Source of the DNA: an uncultured Verrucomicrobiota bacterium
Lineage (GTDB): Bacteria > Verrucomicrobiota > Kiritimatiellia > PWTM01
Assembly: GCA_964423465.1 (NCBI GenBank)
Contig: CAYRFK010000004.1
Span: 1-58,645, forward strand
Direction of reading: 5' to 3'
Length of the DNA: 58,645 bases
A program made the translations under genes and the position numbers. The notes beneath the pieces are model-generated. The model had not been told where the DNA came from, made no database searches, and worked only from the letters and a program-made list of their open reading frames with translations. This document shows positions 30,964 to 39,080 of the stretch, piece by piece. Every line of letters begins with the position of its first letter. Within the stretch, counting starts at the first letter, position 1.

Positions 30964-32919
30964 ATGCGGTGGACTTTCATGCGGTGCGCAACGGCGGCCG
31001 CGGCTCTGGTCGCGGCAGGAGCGGCGTTTGCACAGGCGCCCGCCGCAACCCCTGCGCCGCGCCGGCTGCAGGCGCCGCCGGCCGCCGGCGGGGTCAGCTT
31101 CAACTTCGACAATGCGGACATCCGCATTCTCGCCAAGATCGTCGGCGAAATGACCGGTCGCCGGTTCGTCGTGAACGACAAGGTGGCCGGCACGGTCACG
31201 GTGATCTCCCCGGCGCCCATCCAGACCTCCGAGGTCTACCCGCTGTTCCTCTCCATCCTCGAATCCCGCGGCTTCACGGTGATCGAGCGGGATGGCGCGT
31301 CGTTCATCGTCCCCCTGCCGGATGCCCAGGGTATGCTGGTGATTCCGGAGGTGACGGGTTCCACGAACGCGCCGGCCCGCACCGGCATGACGACACGGAT
31401 CTTCCGCCCCGTGAACATCGGGGTGATCGATCTCGCCAAGGCGATCGAGCCGATGGTGCGGGGGGCCAAGACCGGCGGCCTGTCCGTGTTCGGGCCCGGC
31501 AACCATCTGATCGTGACCGAAACCGGCGACAGCCTCCGCCGCATCGAACAGTTGATCGCCGAACTCGACCGCCCGGGCGCGAACCGGACCATCGAGGTCG
31601 TCCGGCTCATCCACGGGTCCGCCGAGGAACTGGCCCAGCAGGTCGCCGCGGCCCTGGCGGGGTCGGAAAGCGCCGGCAGCGGCGTCAGCCGGCACATCCG
31701 GCAGGCCGCCGAGGGCGTGACGTCGCTCCCCGCCGGCGCGATGGTGGTCGCATCGCCGTCCGCCAACAGCCTTGTGCTGGTCGGAACGCCGGTCCAGATC
31801 GAGGAACTCAAGCGGATTGTCGCGCTGCTTGACGTCGAGCCCGGGGCGGGGAAGGGGCGCCTCAACGCGATCTTCCTGAAGTATCTCAGCGCCGAGGAAG
31901 CCGCCAAGAGCCTCAGCGCGCTGCTGACAAAGACGGTCGACAAGGACAAGAGCCTCAAGATCGCCGTCGAGCCCAACCTCGCCAACAACGCGCTGCTGGT
32001 CTACGCGATGCCGTCGGACTTCCTGTGGGTGAAAGAGGTCGTCGAGAGCCTCGACATCATGCCGAGTCAGGTCCTCGTCGAGATCCTGATCGCCGAGACC
32101 GATGCGGGCAATCAGATCGACTTCGGCGTGGACTGGTCCACGATCGAGGTCCCCGGAAAGGGCGAGACCCTCGTCGCCGCCCGGAGCCGGCCGGGGGCCG
32201 CGGATGCCGTCCAGGACATCCTGAGCAAGAACGTGTTTCCCCAGGGGCTCTCGCTGGGCGTTACGCGCGGGACCGCGGACGGCGTGTCCATCCCGTTCAT
32301 CCTGCAGGCCCTGCAGCAGGATCGCAACGTCCGGATCCTCTCCAGCGTTCCGCTCCTGGTGCAGAACAACACCGAGGCGATGGTCAACGTCGTCGAGAAC
32401 ATCCCGGTGCTGCGGTCGACGATCGAGGGCGGCGCGGGAACCTCGCGCGATGTGATTCAGAACATCGACCGGCTGGATGTCGGTATCAAGCTCAGGGTCA
32501 CGCCGCACGTGAACCCGAACCGCGAGATCACGCTCGCGCTCAACCCCGCGATCGAGGCGATCACGGATTCGGGATCCTCCGACAAGGAGTTCGCCCCCAC
32601 CATCGCCAAGCGCGAGATCAAGACCACCATCACCGTGCCGGACCGGGCCACCGTCGTCATCAGCGGTCTGATCCGGGAGGACAAGGGCCGGACGGAGCGG
32701 AAGATCCCGCTGCTCGGCGACATCCCGTGGCTCGGCTGGCTGTTCCGCTACTCGAGCGACTCGACCCGCCGCAACAACCTCCTGGTCTTTGTGACGCCGC
32801 GGATCATCGATGGTACGAACCAGGCGGACGCCGTCAGCGCCGCGCTGGAGAAGCGGACCGGGCTGGACGGCATTTCGGCCCCCCAGCGGGTGGATCCCAC
32901 CTCGGGGCGGAAGGAGTAG
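30964..32919 (+). CDS. gspD: Type II secretion system secretin GspD
   Basis: 651 aa with a signal peptide. N0 domain FNFDNADIRILAKIVGEMTGRRFV. Secretin C-domain ...VPLLGDIPWLGWLFR...LLVFVTPRII. Confidence 0.88.
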   Translation: MRWTFMRCATAAAALVAAGAAFAQAPAATPAPRRLQAPPAAGGVSFNFDNADIRILAKIVGEMTGRRFVVNDKVAGTVTVISPAPIQTSEVYPLFLSILESRGFTVIERDGASFIVPLPDAQGMLVIPEVTGSTNAPARTGMTTRIFRPVNIGVIDLAKAIEPMVRGAKTGGLSVFGPGNHLIVTETGDSLRRIEQLIAELDRPGANRTIEVVRLIHGSAEELAQQVAAALAGSESAGSGVSRHIRQAAEGVTSLPAGAMVVASPSANSLVLVGTPVQIEELKRIVALLDVEPGAGKGRLNAIFLKYLSAEEAAKSLSALLTKTVDKDKSLKIAVEPNLANNALLVYAMPSDFLWVKEVVESLDIMPSQVLVEILIAETDAGNQIDFGVDWSTIEVPGKGETLVAARSRPGAADAVQDILSKNVFPQGLSLGVTRGTADGVSIPFILQALQQDRNVRILSSVPLLVQNNTEAMVNVVENIPVLRSTIEGGAGTSRDVIQNIDRLDVGIKLRVTPHVNPNREITLALNPAIEAITDSGSSDKEFAPTIAKREIKTTITVPDRATVVISGLIREDKGRTERKIPLLGDIPWLGWLFRYSSDSTRRNNLLVFVTPRIIDGTNQADAVSAALEKRTGLDGISAPQRVDPTSGRKE

Positions 32920-32924
32920 CCGCC

Positions 32925-34634
32925 ATGCGGCCCGCCGCGATCCTCGTGGAATCCGGCCTTGTGCCGGCCGCCCGCATGGCCGAGGCGGAGATGGAGGGCG
33001 CCGGGTCGGGCCGTGCGCCGGTCGACATCCTTCTCGAGGCCGGCGACATCACGCCGGAACAGCTCGCCGCCGCCGAGGCCCGGTGCCGCGGGATCGAGAA
33101 TCTCGACTCCGTCCCCGACGACGCCCTCGATGCGGAGCTGATCGCGCGTCTTCCCGTGGAATGGGCGCGTCTCCATCGCGCGCTTCCGATCCGCCACGGC
33201 GGCCGGCCGGCGGCCCTGCTCGGCCGTCCCGAGGCCCTCGATGCGGTCGAGGATCTCTCCGTCCTGCTCGGGCGCGATCTCGTGCCGGTGCTGACCACGC
33301 CCGCGGAGCTCGATCGCGCCATCGAACGCTGCTACTTCCATCGCAAGGGGACGGCCGGCGATCTCGTGCGCGAGTTCGAACGGTCCGGCGGCGATTCGGG
33401 GACCGCCGGTGCGATGGCCGCGGCCGGGGCCGGGGCGGAGGACCTCCTCCGCGCGGCCGACGGCGCACCGGTCACGCAGCTCGTCAATCTGATGGTCCTC
33501 GACGCGCTGCGGGCCCGTGCGTCGGACATCCACATCGAGCCCTTCGAGGACCACCTGCGCGTCCGGTTCCGCGTGGACGGCCTGCTCTACGAACAACCCT
33601 CGCCGCCCAAGCCCCTGGAGGCCGCGCTCACGTCGCGCCTGAAGGTCATGGCGCGGATGGACATCGCCGAGCGACGCCTGCCGCAGGACGGCATGGCCCG
33701 CGTGCGCATCGGCGCCCGCGAGATCGACATCCGCGTCTCTACCGTGCCCGTCGCCGAGGGCGAGCGCATCGTGCTCCGACTCCTCAACCGTGACTCCGCA
33801 CTGCTGTCCCTCACCGACCTCGGCATGGAGCCCGGCGAGATCGAGGCCTTCCGCGCCCTCCTGCGCGAGCCGCAGGGGATCGTGCTGGTCACGGGACCGA
33901 CGGGCAGCGGCAAGACGACCACGCTCTACGCCGCGCTGCAGGAACTCGACACGCGGCGCCTGAACATCCTCACGATCGAGGACCCGATCGAGTACCAGCT
34001 CCCGTTCATCAGCCAGATGCAGGTCAATCCGAAGATCGACCTGACCTTCGCCCGCCTGCTGCGGCACGTGCTGCGGCAGGATCCCGACGTCGTCCTCGTC
34101 GGCGAGACGCGCGACCTGGAGACCGCCGAGATCGCGATCCGCGCCTCCCTCACCGGCCACCTCGTCTTCACGACGCTGCACACGAACGATGCGGCCGGCG
34201 CCGCGGTGCGGCTGGCGGACATGGGCGTCGAGCCGTACCTGCTGTCGGCTTCGCTGAAGGGAGTCCTGGCGCAGCGGCTCGTGCGCAGGCTCTGCCCTGC
34301 GTGCCGCTCCTCGCGACCGCTGGCCGATGGCGACCTCGCCGGGCTCGGCGCCTCGGCCGCGCAGCGGTTCCCGGATGGCTTCCACTGGGTTCCGACCGGA
34401 TGCCCGCAGTGTCTCGACGGCTACCGCGGCCGCGTCGGCCTCTACGAACTTCTCGTCGTCACGCCGCAGGTCGCCGCATCCATCCGGAGCCGCGCCGGGC
34501 TCGAGGTGCTGCGCAAGTCGGCCGTCGAGGCGGGCATGCGAACCCTTCTCCACAGCGGCCTGACCAAGGCGGCTGCGGGCGCCACCAGCCTGGCCGAGGT
34601 CGCGCGCGCCCTCGGCCGCGGCGACGCGGGATGA
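32925..34634 (+). CDS. gspE: Type II secretion ATPase GspE
   Basis: 569 aa, ATG 32925. T2SSE N-terminal domain. Walker A GPTGSGKTT. Contains PDVVLVGETRD. Tetracysteine CPAC...CPQC. Confidence 0.9.
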   Translation: MRPAAILVESGLVPAARMAEAEMEGAGSGRAPVDILLEAGDITPEQLAAAEARCRGIENLDSVPDDALDAELIARLPVEWARLHRALPIRHGGRPAALLGRPEALDAVEDLSVLLGRDLVPVLTTPAELDRAIERCYFHRKGTAGDLVREFERSGGDSGTAGAMAAAGAGAEDLLRAADGAPVTQLVNLMVLDALRARASDIHIEPFEDHLRVRFRVDGLLYEQPSPPKPLEAALTSRLKVMARMDIAERRLPQDGMARVRIGAREIDIRVSTVPVAEGERIVLRLLNRDSALLSLTDLGMEPGEIEAFRALLREPQGIVLVTGPTGSGKTTTLYAALQELDTRRLNILTIEDPIEYQLPFISQMQVNPKIDLTFARLLRHVLRQDPDVVLVGETRDLETAEIAIRASLTGHLVFTTLHTNDAAGAAVRLADMGVEPYLLSASLKGVLAQRLVRRLCPACRSSRPLADGDLAGLGASAAQRFPDGFHWVPTGCPQCLDGYRGRVGLYELLVVTPQVAASIRSRAGLEVLRKSAVEAGMRTLLHSGLTKAAAGATSLAEVARALGRGDAG

Positions 34635-35827
34635 AGACCTTCGAATACAGGGGCTACGACACGGCGGGCCGGCGGTCGCGCGGGCTCGTCGAGGCCGACG
34701 GACTCAAGGACGCGCGAGAGCGCCTCGCCGCCCGCGGCATCCTCCCCGAGCGGATCGAGACGACGTCCGCCGGCGGCGGCGGCACCGGCCGGTGGGGGCG
34801 GGCCGGTGAACGGGCCGCGATCTACCGCGAACTCGCCTCGCTGCTGCACGCCGGGCTGCCCGTGACCCAATCGCTGGACATCCTCATCGAATCGCCCGAG
34901 CTCGCGACCCTGCGGCCCGTGCTGGCGGGCATCCGCGACCGCGTGCGCGAAGGGGTGAGCCCCGCCGACGCCTTCGACGGAGCCGGCGCGCTCACCCCGT
35001 TCGAGACGGCCGTGCTCCAAGCGGGGCAGCGCGCCGGTGCGCTGGACGATTCGATGAAGCGGCTGGCCGGGTTTCTCGAGGAGCAGGACCGCATCCGATC
35101 GCGCGTCCGCTCCGCCCTGATCTACCCCGCCTTCGTCGGTGTCATCGCGATCGGACTGTCCATCCTCATGCTCGGCTTCATGCTCCCGGCCTTCGCGAAG
35201 ATCTTCGAGGAGGCCCGCATCCCGCTGCCGGCGCTGACGCGTTTCGTGCTCGGCTCCGGCCGCATGGCGGGAACCATCGGGCTTCCGCTGCTGGCTCTTG
35301 CCGCCGCCGCCTTCTGGATCGGCCGCCGCAGGCTGCGGGGCTCGGCGACCGCGCGCGCCCGCGTCGAGCGCGCCCTGGCCCGTCTGCCCGTCGTGAGCCG
35401 GGCGTGGACCGCGCTCGCGGGCATGCGCTTCGCCCGCACGCTCGCCCTGCTGCTGCGCGGCGGTGTGCCGCTGCTCGAGTCGATCCGCATGGCGGGCCGG
35501 TCCACCGGAAGCGCATGGGTGGAGATCGAGATCGAGCGCGAAGCCGAGACGGTTCGCCATGGCGGCCGGTTGGCGGACGCCATCCGCCGCGTCGAGCCTC
35601 TTCAGACCACGCTGCCCGCCTGGGTTCAGGCCGGCGAGGCCGGCGGGGATCTCTCCGGCATGCTCGAACTGGCGGCCGGACGCTGCGAAGAGGTGTGGGA
35701 TCGAACGCTCACCCGCGCCATGGCGCTTCTCGAGCCGATGCTGATCCTCGTCCTCGGCGCTCTGGTCTTCGTCCTCGCCCTCGCCATCCTGCTGCCCATC
35801 CTCGGAATGAACCAAGGCATGGGCTGA
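34631..35827 (+). CDS. gspF: Type II secretion inner-membrane platform protein GspF
   Basis: 398 aa. ATGA overlap with gspE. Starts MKTFEYRGYDTAGR. Duplicated GspF domains with transmembrane segments. Confidence 0.88.
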   Translation: MKTFEYRGYDTAGRRSRGLVEADGLKDARERLAARGILPERIETTSAGGGGTGRWGRAGERAAIYRELASLLHAGLPVTQSLDILIESPELATLRPVLAGIRDRVREGVSPADAFDGAGALTPFETAVLQAGQRAGALDDSMKRLAGFLEEQDRIRSRVRSALIYPAFVGVIAIGLSILMLGFMLPAFAKIFEEARIPLPALTRFVLGSGRMAGTIGLPLLALAAAAFWIGRRRLRGSATARARVERALARLPVVSRAWTALAGMRFARTLALLLRGGVPLLESIRMAGRSTGSAWVEIEIEREAETVRHGGRLADAIRRVEPLQTTLPAWVQAGEAGGDLSGMLELAAGRCEEVWDRTLTRAMALLEPMLILVLGALVFVLALAILLPILGMNQGMG

Positions 35828-35837
35828 GCGTCCCGCC

Positions 35838-36287
35838 CTACGGCTTCAGGCGGCCACCCGTCAGCGGGTTGAACCAGCGCACGCCCGGAAAGCGGGCGAA
35901 ATCCGAATCGCAGGAAACCAGTTCCGCGCCATGTTCGATGGCGATCGCCGCAAGATGCGCATCGCTCGTCAGGTCGCCACCCGCTCCCGCGGCCTCCAGC
36001 AGACGACGCAATGTGGCCAAGTGATGGATGCCGGGATCGATCAGCCGACTCGGCGGCTGCGAAAGCCATGCCTCGACGCAGTCGAAGGCCTGCCCGACGG
36101 ACAGGGGCGAAGGCATGACCGCCGGCTTGGTGACCAGCCTTACGAACGCTGCCAACACAATCCACGTGAAGCCGACAGGATCCGAACCGTTCATCGCGTC
36201 GGTCAGCCATGCCAGGCAGGGCCGGTGGTGGACCGCCGCAGTGTTGGCCGCGTTCAGGAGCACATTGGCGTCCACAATACTAGTCAC
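35838..36287 (-). CDS. vapC: PIN-domain ribonuclease toxin (VapC-like)
   Basis: 149 aa. Starts MTSIVDANVLL (first acidic residue). Also has ...LTSDAHLAAIA...SCDSDFARF. It overlaps the upstream antitoxin gene by 8 nt. Confidence 0.8.
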   Translation of the reverse strand: MTSIVDANVLLNAANTAAVHHRPCLAWLTDAMNGSDPVGFTWIVLAAFVRLVTKPAVMPSPLSVGQAFDCVEAWLSQPPSRLIDPGIHHLATLRRLLEAAGAGGDLTSDAHLAAIAIEHGAELVSCDSDFARFPGVRWFNPLTGGRLKP

Positions 36288-36525
36288 GGGACGCCTCGTC
36301 GGTCAGCCGGTCGGCCAGAGCGAGCGCCTTGGTGATGTCCGTCTTCGGCGCCCCGAGGTTCCATGTCTTCTGTACAAACGCGGCCGGCCGTCGTGTGCGG
36401 GTCGGGCCGGCGGCGCCGAAGCGGACGGCGCGGTTGAGGGATTCCTTGAACGACAGCCCCTCGCGCCGCATCGTCTCACGCAACATTGCCAGCACGTCCG
36501 AATCCAGCGTAACCGTGGTTCTCAT
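36280..36525 (-). CDS. vapB: Ribbon-helix-helix antitoxin (VapB-like)
   Basis: 81 aa. MRTTVTLDSDVLAMLRETMRREGLSFKESLNRAVR fits an RHH fold. It is translationally coupled to the PIN gene. Confidence 0.72.
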   Translation of the reverse strand: MRTTVTLDSDVLAMLRETMRREGLSFKESLNRAVRFGAAGPTRTRRPAAFVQKTWNLGAPKTDITKALALADRLTDEASRD

Positions 36526-36531
36526 GATGGC

Positions 36532-36559
36532 ACTATGATGCTTTTGAGCATGCTGTCAA
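36532..36559 (-). promoter_or_regulatory. Candidate sigma70-type promoter for vapBC, possibly leaderless
   Basis: On the minus strand: TTGACA (36559-36554), a 16-nt spacer, then CATAGT (36537-32), which ends 6 nt before the vapB ATG. No SD sequence is visible. The palindrome AGCATGCT overlaps the spacer and could be an autoregulatory operator. Confidence 0.4.
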
Positions 36560-36657
36560 GATGCACCACCGAACGTGCATGGCCGCGGTTTTCCGTTGCC
36601 TCCGGCAGGTGACCTCCCTAGTCTGGCGCGGTATTGATGCCCCTGCGGAGATAGACC

Positions 36658-37803
36658 ATGACATCGCGTGAACGATTGCTGGCCACCCTGCGCGGAGAGA
36701 TCGCGGACCGCGTGCCCGTCGCGCCGTTCGTGCAGGAGGAGTATCTCGCGTTCCACTATCCCGACCGGGCGTCCGTCGACCGCGTCGTCGATGCGACCGA
36801 GTTGGCGGAGGAACTCGACTTCGACCTGATGGCCAAGCACCGCGGCCTGGAGGCGCCGCATTTCCTTCGGCGCAGCCATCGCAACTGGGAGGTCCGCCGC
36901 ACCGAGACACAGGAAGGCGGCATGCAGGTGCGCCGCTTCCAGATCCACACGCCCTCGATGACGTTCACGAAGGAGGACTCGCGGCCCTTGGCCGGCGTCG
37001 CCACTGCGGGACTCAGCTTCACGCCGACCAAGCCGCTCCTCGCCGGCCGCGAGGAGATCGAGGGCTTCGTCGAGCACATGCCCGCTCTCGGCGTTGCGGA
37101 CCTGGACCACATGCGCGACACCATTGGCGAGTGGAAGCGTGTCATCGGCGACCGCGGCGTCCTCGCGCCGTGGGGCTTCGCCGGCGTGTTCAATGTTGCG
37201 GCGGAACTCGTCGGCATGGACACGATCTACGTCATGCCCTACGAGGACGAGCCGCTCTATCGCCACTTCATGGACCGCCTCGCCGCCGCGCAGTGCGCCT
37301 ACAACGCCGCCCTCGCGGAGGCCGGGGCCGATTGCGTCGGCTTCCAGGGCCATATCGCCGGCGGACAGTCCACCGGCCCCGACTTCTTCCGGGCCTACGT
37401 GCAGGACTACGAGAAGCGCGTCATCGACGCCGTCCATGCCGCCGGCGCCTTCACCGTCTATCACAACTGCGGCTTCGCGCGCTCCCTCTACGCGAACTAC
37501 CGCGAAGTCGGCATGACCGTCTGGGAGACCGTCTCCGAGGCGCCCCGCGGCGACAACACGATGGCCGAGGCCAAGGCGGAACTCGGGGACCGGATCTGCC
37601 TGCTCGGCAACCTCGACCAAGTCGACTTCCTCAAGCGCGCCACCCCCTCCGAGGTCGACACCCGCACGCGCGAGATCGTCCGCGCCGGCAAACCCGGCGG
37701 CCGCTTCATCTTCTCGACCTCCGACTTCCTCGAGAAGAACACCCCCCTCGAAAACATCCGCGCCATGATCGCCGTCGCGAAGGACGAGGGATGTTACGCG
37801 TGA
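36658..37803 (+). CDS. Uroporphyrinogen decarboxylase (URO-D) family protein, methyltransferase/decarboxylase-like
   Basis: 381 aa. N-terminus MTSRERLLATLRGEIADRVPVAP. The overall TIM-barrel pattern resembles URO-D/MtaA-like proteins. The call rests on resemblance only. Confidence 0.55.
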   Translation: MTSRERLLATLRGEIADRVPVAPFVQEEYLAFHYPDRASVDRVVDATELAEELDFDLMAKHRGLEAPHFLRRSHRNWEVRRTETQEGGMQVRRFQIHTPSMTFTKEDSRPLAGVATAGLSFTPTKPLLAGREEIEGFVEHMPALGVADLDHMRDTIGEWKRVIGDRGVLAPWGFAGVFNVAAELVGMDTIYVMPYEDEPLYRHFMDRLAAAQCAYNAALAEAGADCVGFQGHIAGGQSTGPDFFRAYVQDYEKRVIDAVHAAGAFTVYHNCGFARSLYANYREVGMTVWETVSEAPRGDNTMAEAKAELGDRICLLGNLDQVDFLKRATPSEVDTRTREIVRAGKPGGRFIFSTSDFLEKNTPLENIRAMIAVAKDEGCYA

Positions 37804-37821
37804 CCCCGTGCGGATTCGGCG

Positions 37822-37872
37822 CTTGCGGAATCGTTGGCTCGTCGTAGAATGAAGTTGAAGATCAAGTTCAAC
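37822..37872 (+). promoter_or_regulatory. Candidate promoter plus inverted-repeat operator for the phd/PIN pair
   Basis: TTGCGG (37822-27), a 17-nt spacer, TAGAAT (37845-50), then the inverted repeat GTTGAA-N7-TTCAAC (37854-37872) immediately upstream of the RBS and ATG. Confidence 0.45.
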
Positions 37873-37885
37873 AAAGGTGGATCCC

Positions 37886-38125
37886 ATGACCTCGGTCGCG
37901 ATGCTCGAGTTTCGAAGGAACGCCGGCGGCATTCTGAAGCGGGTGATGCGGGGCGAGCGGATGGTCCTGACGTATCGCGGCCGGCCGGCCATCCGGTTGG
38001 AACCCGCTGAACCGGCGGAGTCGCCGCAGCGCGACGATCCGTTCTACCGGCTGGCGGGGCTCGCGGGGGCGGGCGGCGGGGATGCCGACAATACCGCGAT
38101 CGACGAGGCGGTGTATGGCCGCTGA
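37886..38125 (+). CDS. Phd/YefM-family antitoxin
   Basis: ATG 37886 gives MTSVAMLEFRRNAGGILKRVMRGERMVLTYRGRPAIRLEP. GTG 37877 is an alternative start. The gene overlaps the downstream PIN gene. Confidence 0.75.
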   Translation: MTSVAMLEFRRNAGGILKRVMRGERMVLTYRGRPAIRLEPAEPAESPQRDDPFYRLAGLAGAGGGDADNTAIDEAVYGR

Positions 38126-38525
38126 AGTCTTCATCGACACCGGCGGGTTCTTTGCCCTGCTGTCCGCGGAAGACGGGGCGCACAAGGCCTGCACGGAGTT
38201 TCTGGCCAGGGCGGCCAAGGCGCGCCGCCGCTTTGTAACAACCGACTACGTGCTCGACGAGACGGCTACGTTGCTCAAGGTTCGCGGCCTCGGCCGGGCG
38301 CTCTCACCGTTCTTCGATCTGGTGTTCTCGTCCAAGGTGTGTCGCGTCGAATGGATGAATCCGGAGTGGTTCGACGACGCCCGTCAGCTCCTGACGCGAC
38401 GAGCGGACCACGGGTACTCGTTCACCGACTGCACGAGCTTCGTGCTGATGGAGCGGTTGGGGCTCCGCGAGGTTCTGACGAAGGATCGCCATTTTGCAGA
38501 GGCCGGATTTGCCTTGGTGCCGTAG
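38115..38525 (+). CDS. PIN-domain toxin (VapC-like)
   Basis: ATG 38115 gives MAAEVFIDTGGFFALL...TTDYVLDET...FTDCTSFVLME...TKDRHF (136 aa). It overlaps the antitoxin stop by 11 nt. Confidence 0.78.
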   Translation: MAAEVFIDTGGFFALLSAEDGAHKACTEFLARAAKARRRFVTTDYVLDETATLLKVRGLGRALSPFFDLVFSSKVCRVEWMNPEWFDDARQLLTRRADHGYSFTDCTSFVLMERLGLREVLTKDRHFAEAGFALVP

Positions 38526-38575
38526 ATCCGCGGATCGTGTCCTTCTCCTTTCGCGGTCTGGGGGCGGAAGCGGGA

Positions 38576-38643
38576 TGAACATTGAACACCGAACATCCAA
38601 CATCGAACGCCGAAGGACGGAGTCAACAGCCAACATCCAATGG
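38576..38643 (+). repeat. Heptamer tandem arrays: NGAACAY x5, then CAACAxC x2-3
   Basis: TGAACAT TGAACAC CGAACAT CCAACAT CGAACGC (38576-38610), continuing as CGAA to 38614. After a spacer comes CAACAGC CAACATC CAATGG (38624-38643). Confidence 0.7.
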
Positions 38644-38655
38644 AGGAGGGCTTGG

Positions 38656-38745
38656 CGTGGCGCGGACACTCTTGTCCGCGCGGGGACGGGTAGACAAGAG
38701 TGTCTGCCCCACGTGGACGCGGCGCCCCCGCCGCGATGGGGCGGG
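38656..38745. repeat. Cluster of GC-rich hairpins with mutually exclusive pairings
   Basis: Three pairings are present:
- A 9-bp hairpin at 38660-38681 (GCGCGGACA-CTCT-TGTCCGCGC).
- GACACTCTTGTC (38665-76), the exact reverse complement of GACAAGAGTGTC (38693-704).
- A CCCGCC-N7-GGCGGG hairpin at 38727-45. Confidence 0.6.
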
Positions 38746-38772
38746 TGAGGATTCAACCTACGAAAAGCAGTT

Positions 38773-38893
38773 GGACAGGATAACAGGATGTACAGGATTG
38801 CGGCGGAGTCTATTTCGGAAACCATGGACTTCATCAGGTGAGTACGGCGAGGGTCTGCCGCAACTCCATCCTGTTGATCCTGTTATCCTGTCC
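38773..38893. repeat. 121-bp element bounded by 26-bp imperfect inverted repeats (24/26), each arm holding three ACAGGAT units
   Basis: Left arm GGACAGGATAACAGGATGTACAGGAT (38773-98). The right arm 38868-93 reverse-complements to GGACAGGATAACAGGATCAACAGGAT. TGCGGC/GCCGCA extends the stem. The centre is 69 nt. Confidence 0.7.
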
Positions 38894-39038
38894 TGCCTGT
38901 CTGTATTGCCGAATCCAGGTTGAAATCCCGTCCTACGGATTGCCGGCAATGCGTCAGGAAAGGACGGGGCGGACAGGCACGCGACGGACCAGAAAGGCCG
39001 TGAGCAAGGCTTGGATGAAGTGCCGGTAGATCCCCCGC

Positions 39039-39080
39039 CCATCCACCTTCCACCCTGCACCGTCCACCCTCCCCCTTCCT
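39039..39080. repeat. Heptamer tandem array CCNTCCA (about 6 units)
   Basis: CCATCCA CCTTCCA CCCTGCA CCGTCCA CCCTCCC CCTTCCT. It lies just beyond the 3' end (39094) of the minus-strand oxidoreductase gene. Confidence 0.6.

Noticed and set aside
38582-38923. 113-aa ORF (+), and the overlapping ORFs 38758-39060 (-) and 38304-38834 (-), in the repeat region
   Set aside because: The translations are simply the heptamer and inverted repeats read as peptide (NIEHRTSNIE, QQPTSNG, PVILSCLS). There is no RBS, and both strands give equivalent pseudo-ORFs.
38915-38935. tRNA-like T-loop resemblance (GGTTGAAATCCCG)
   Set aside because: The flanking bases do not form a T-stem. No acceptor, D or anticodon arms could be drawn. 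The segment is part of a different nested hairpin.
38576-39080. Possible CRISPR array, suggested by the many short repeats
   Set aside because: The repeat units are 7 nt and directly tandem, or they form one inverted pair. There are no 25-40 nt direct repeats separated by unique spacers, and no cas genes in the window.
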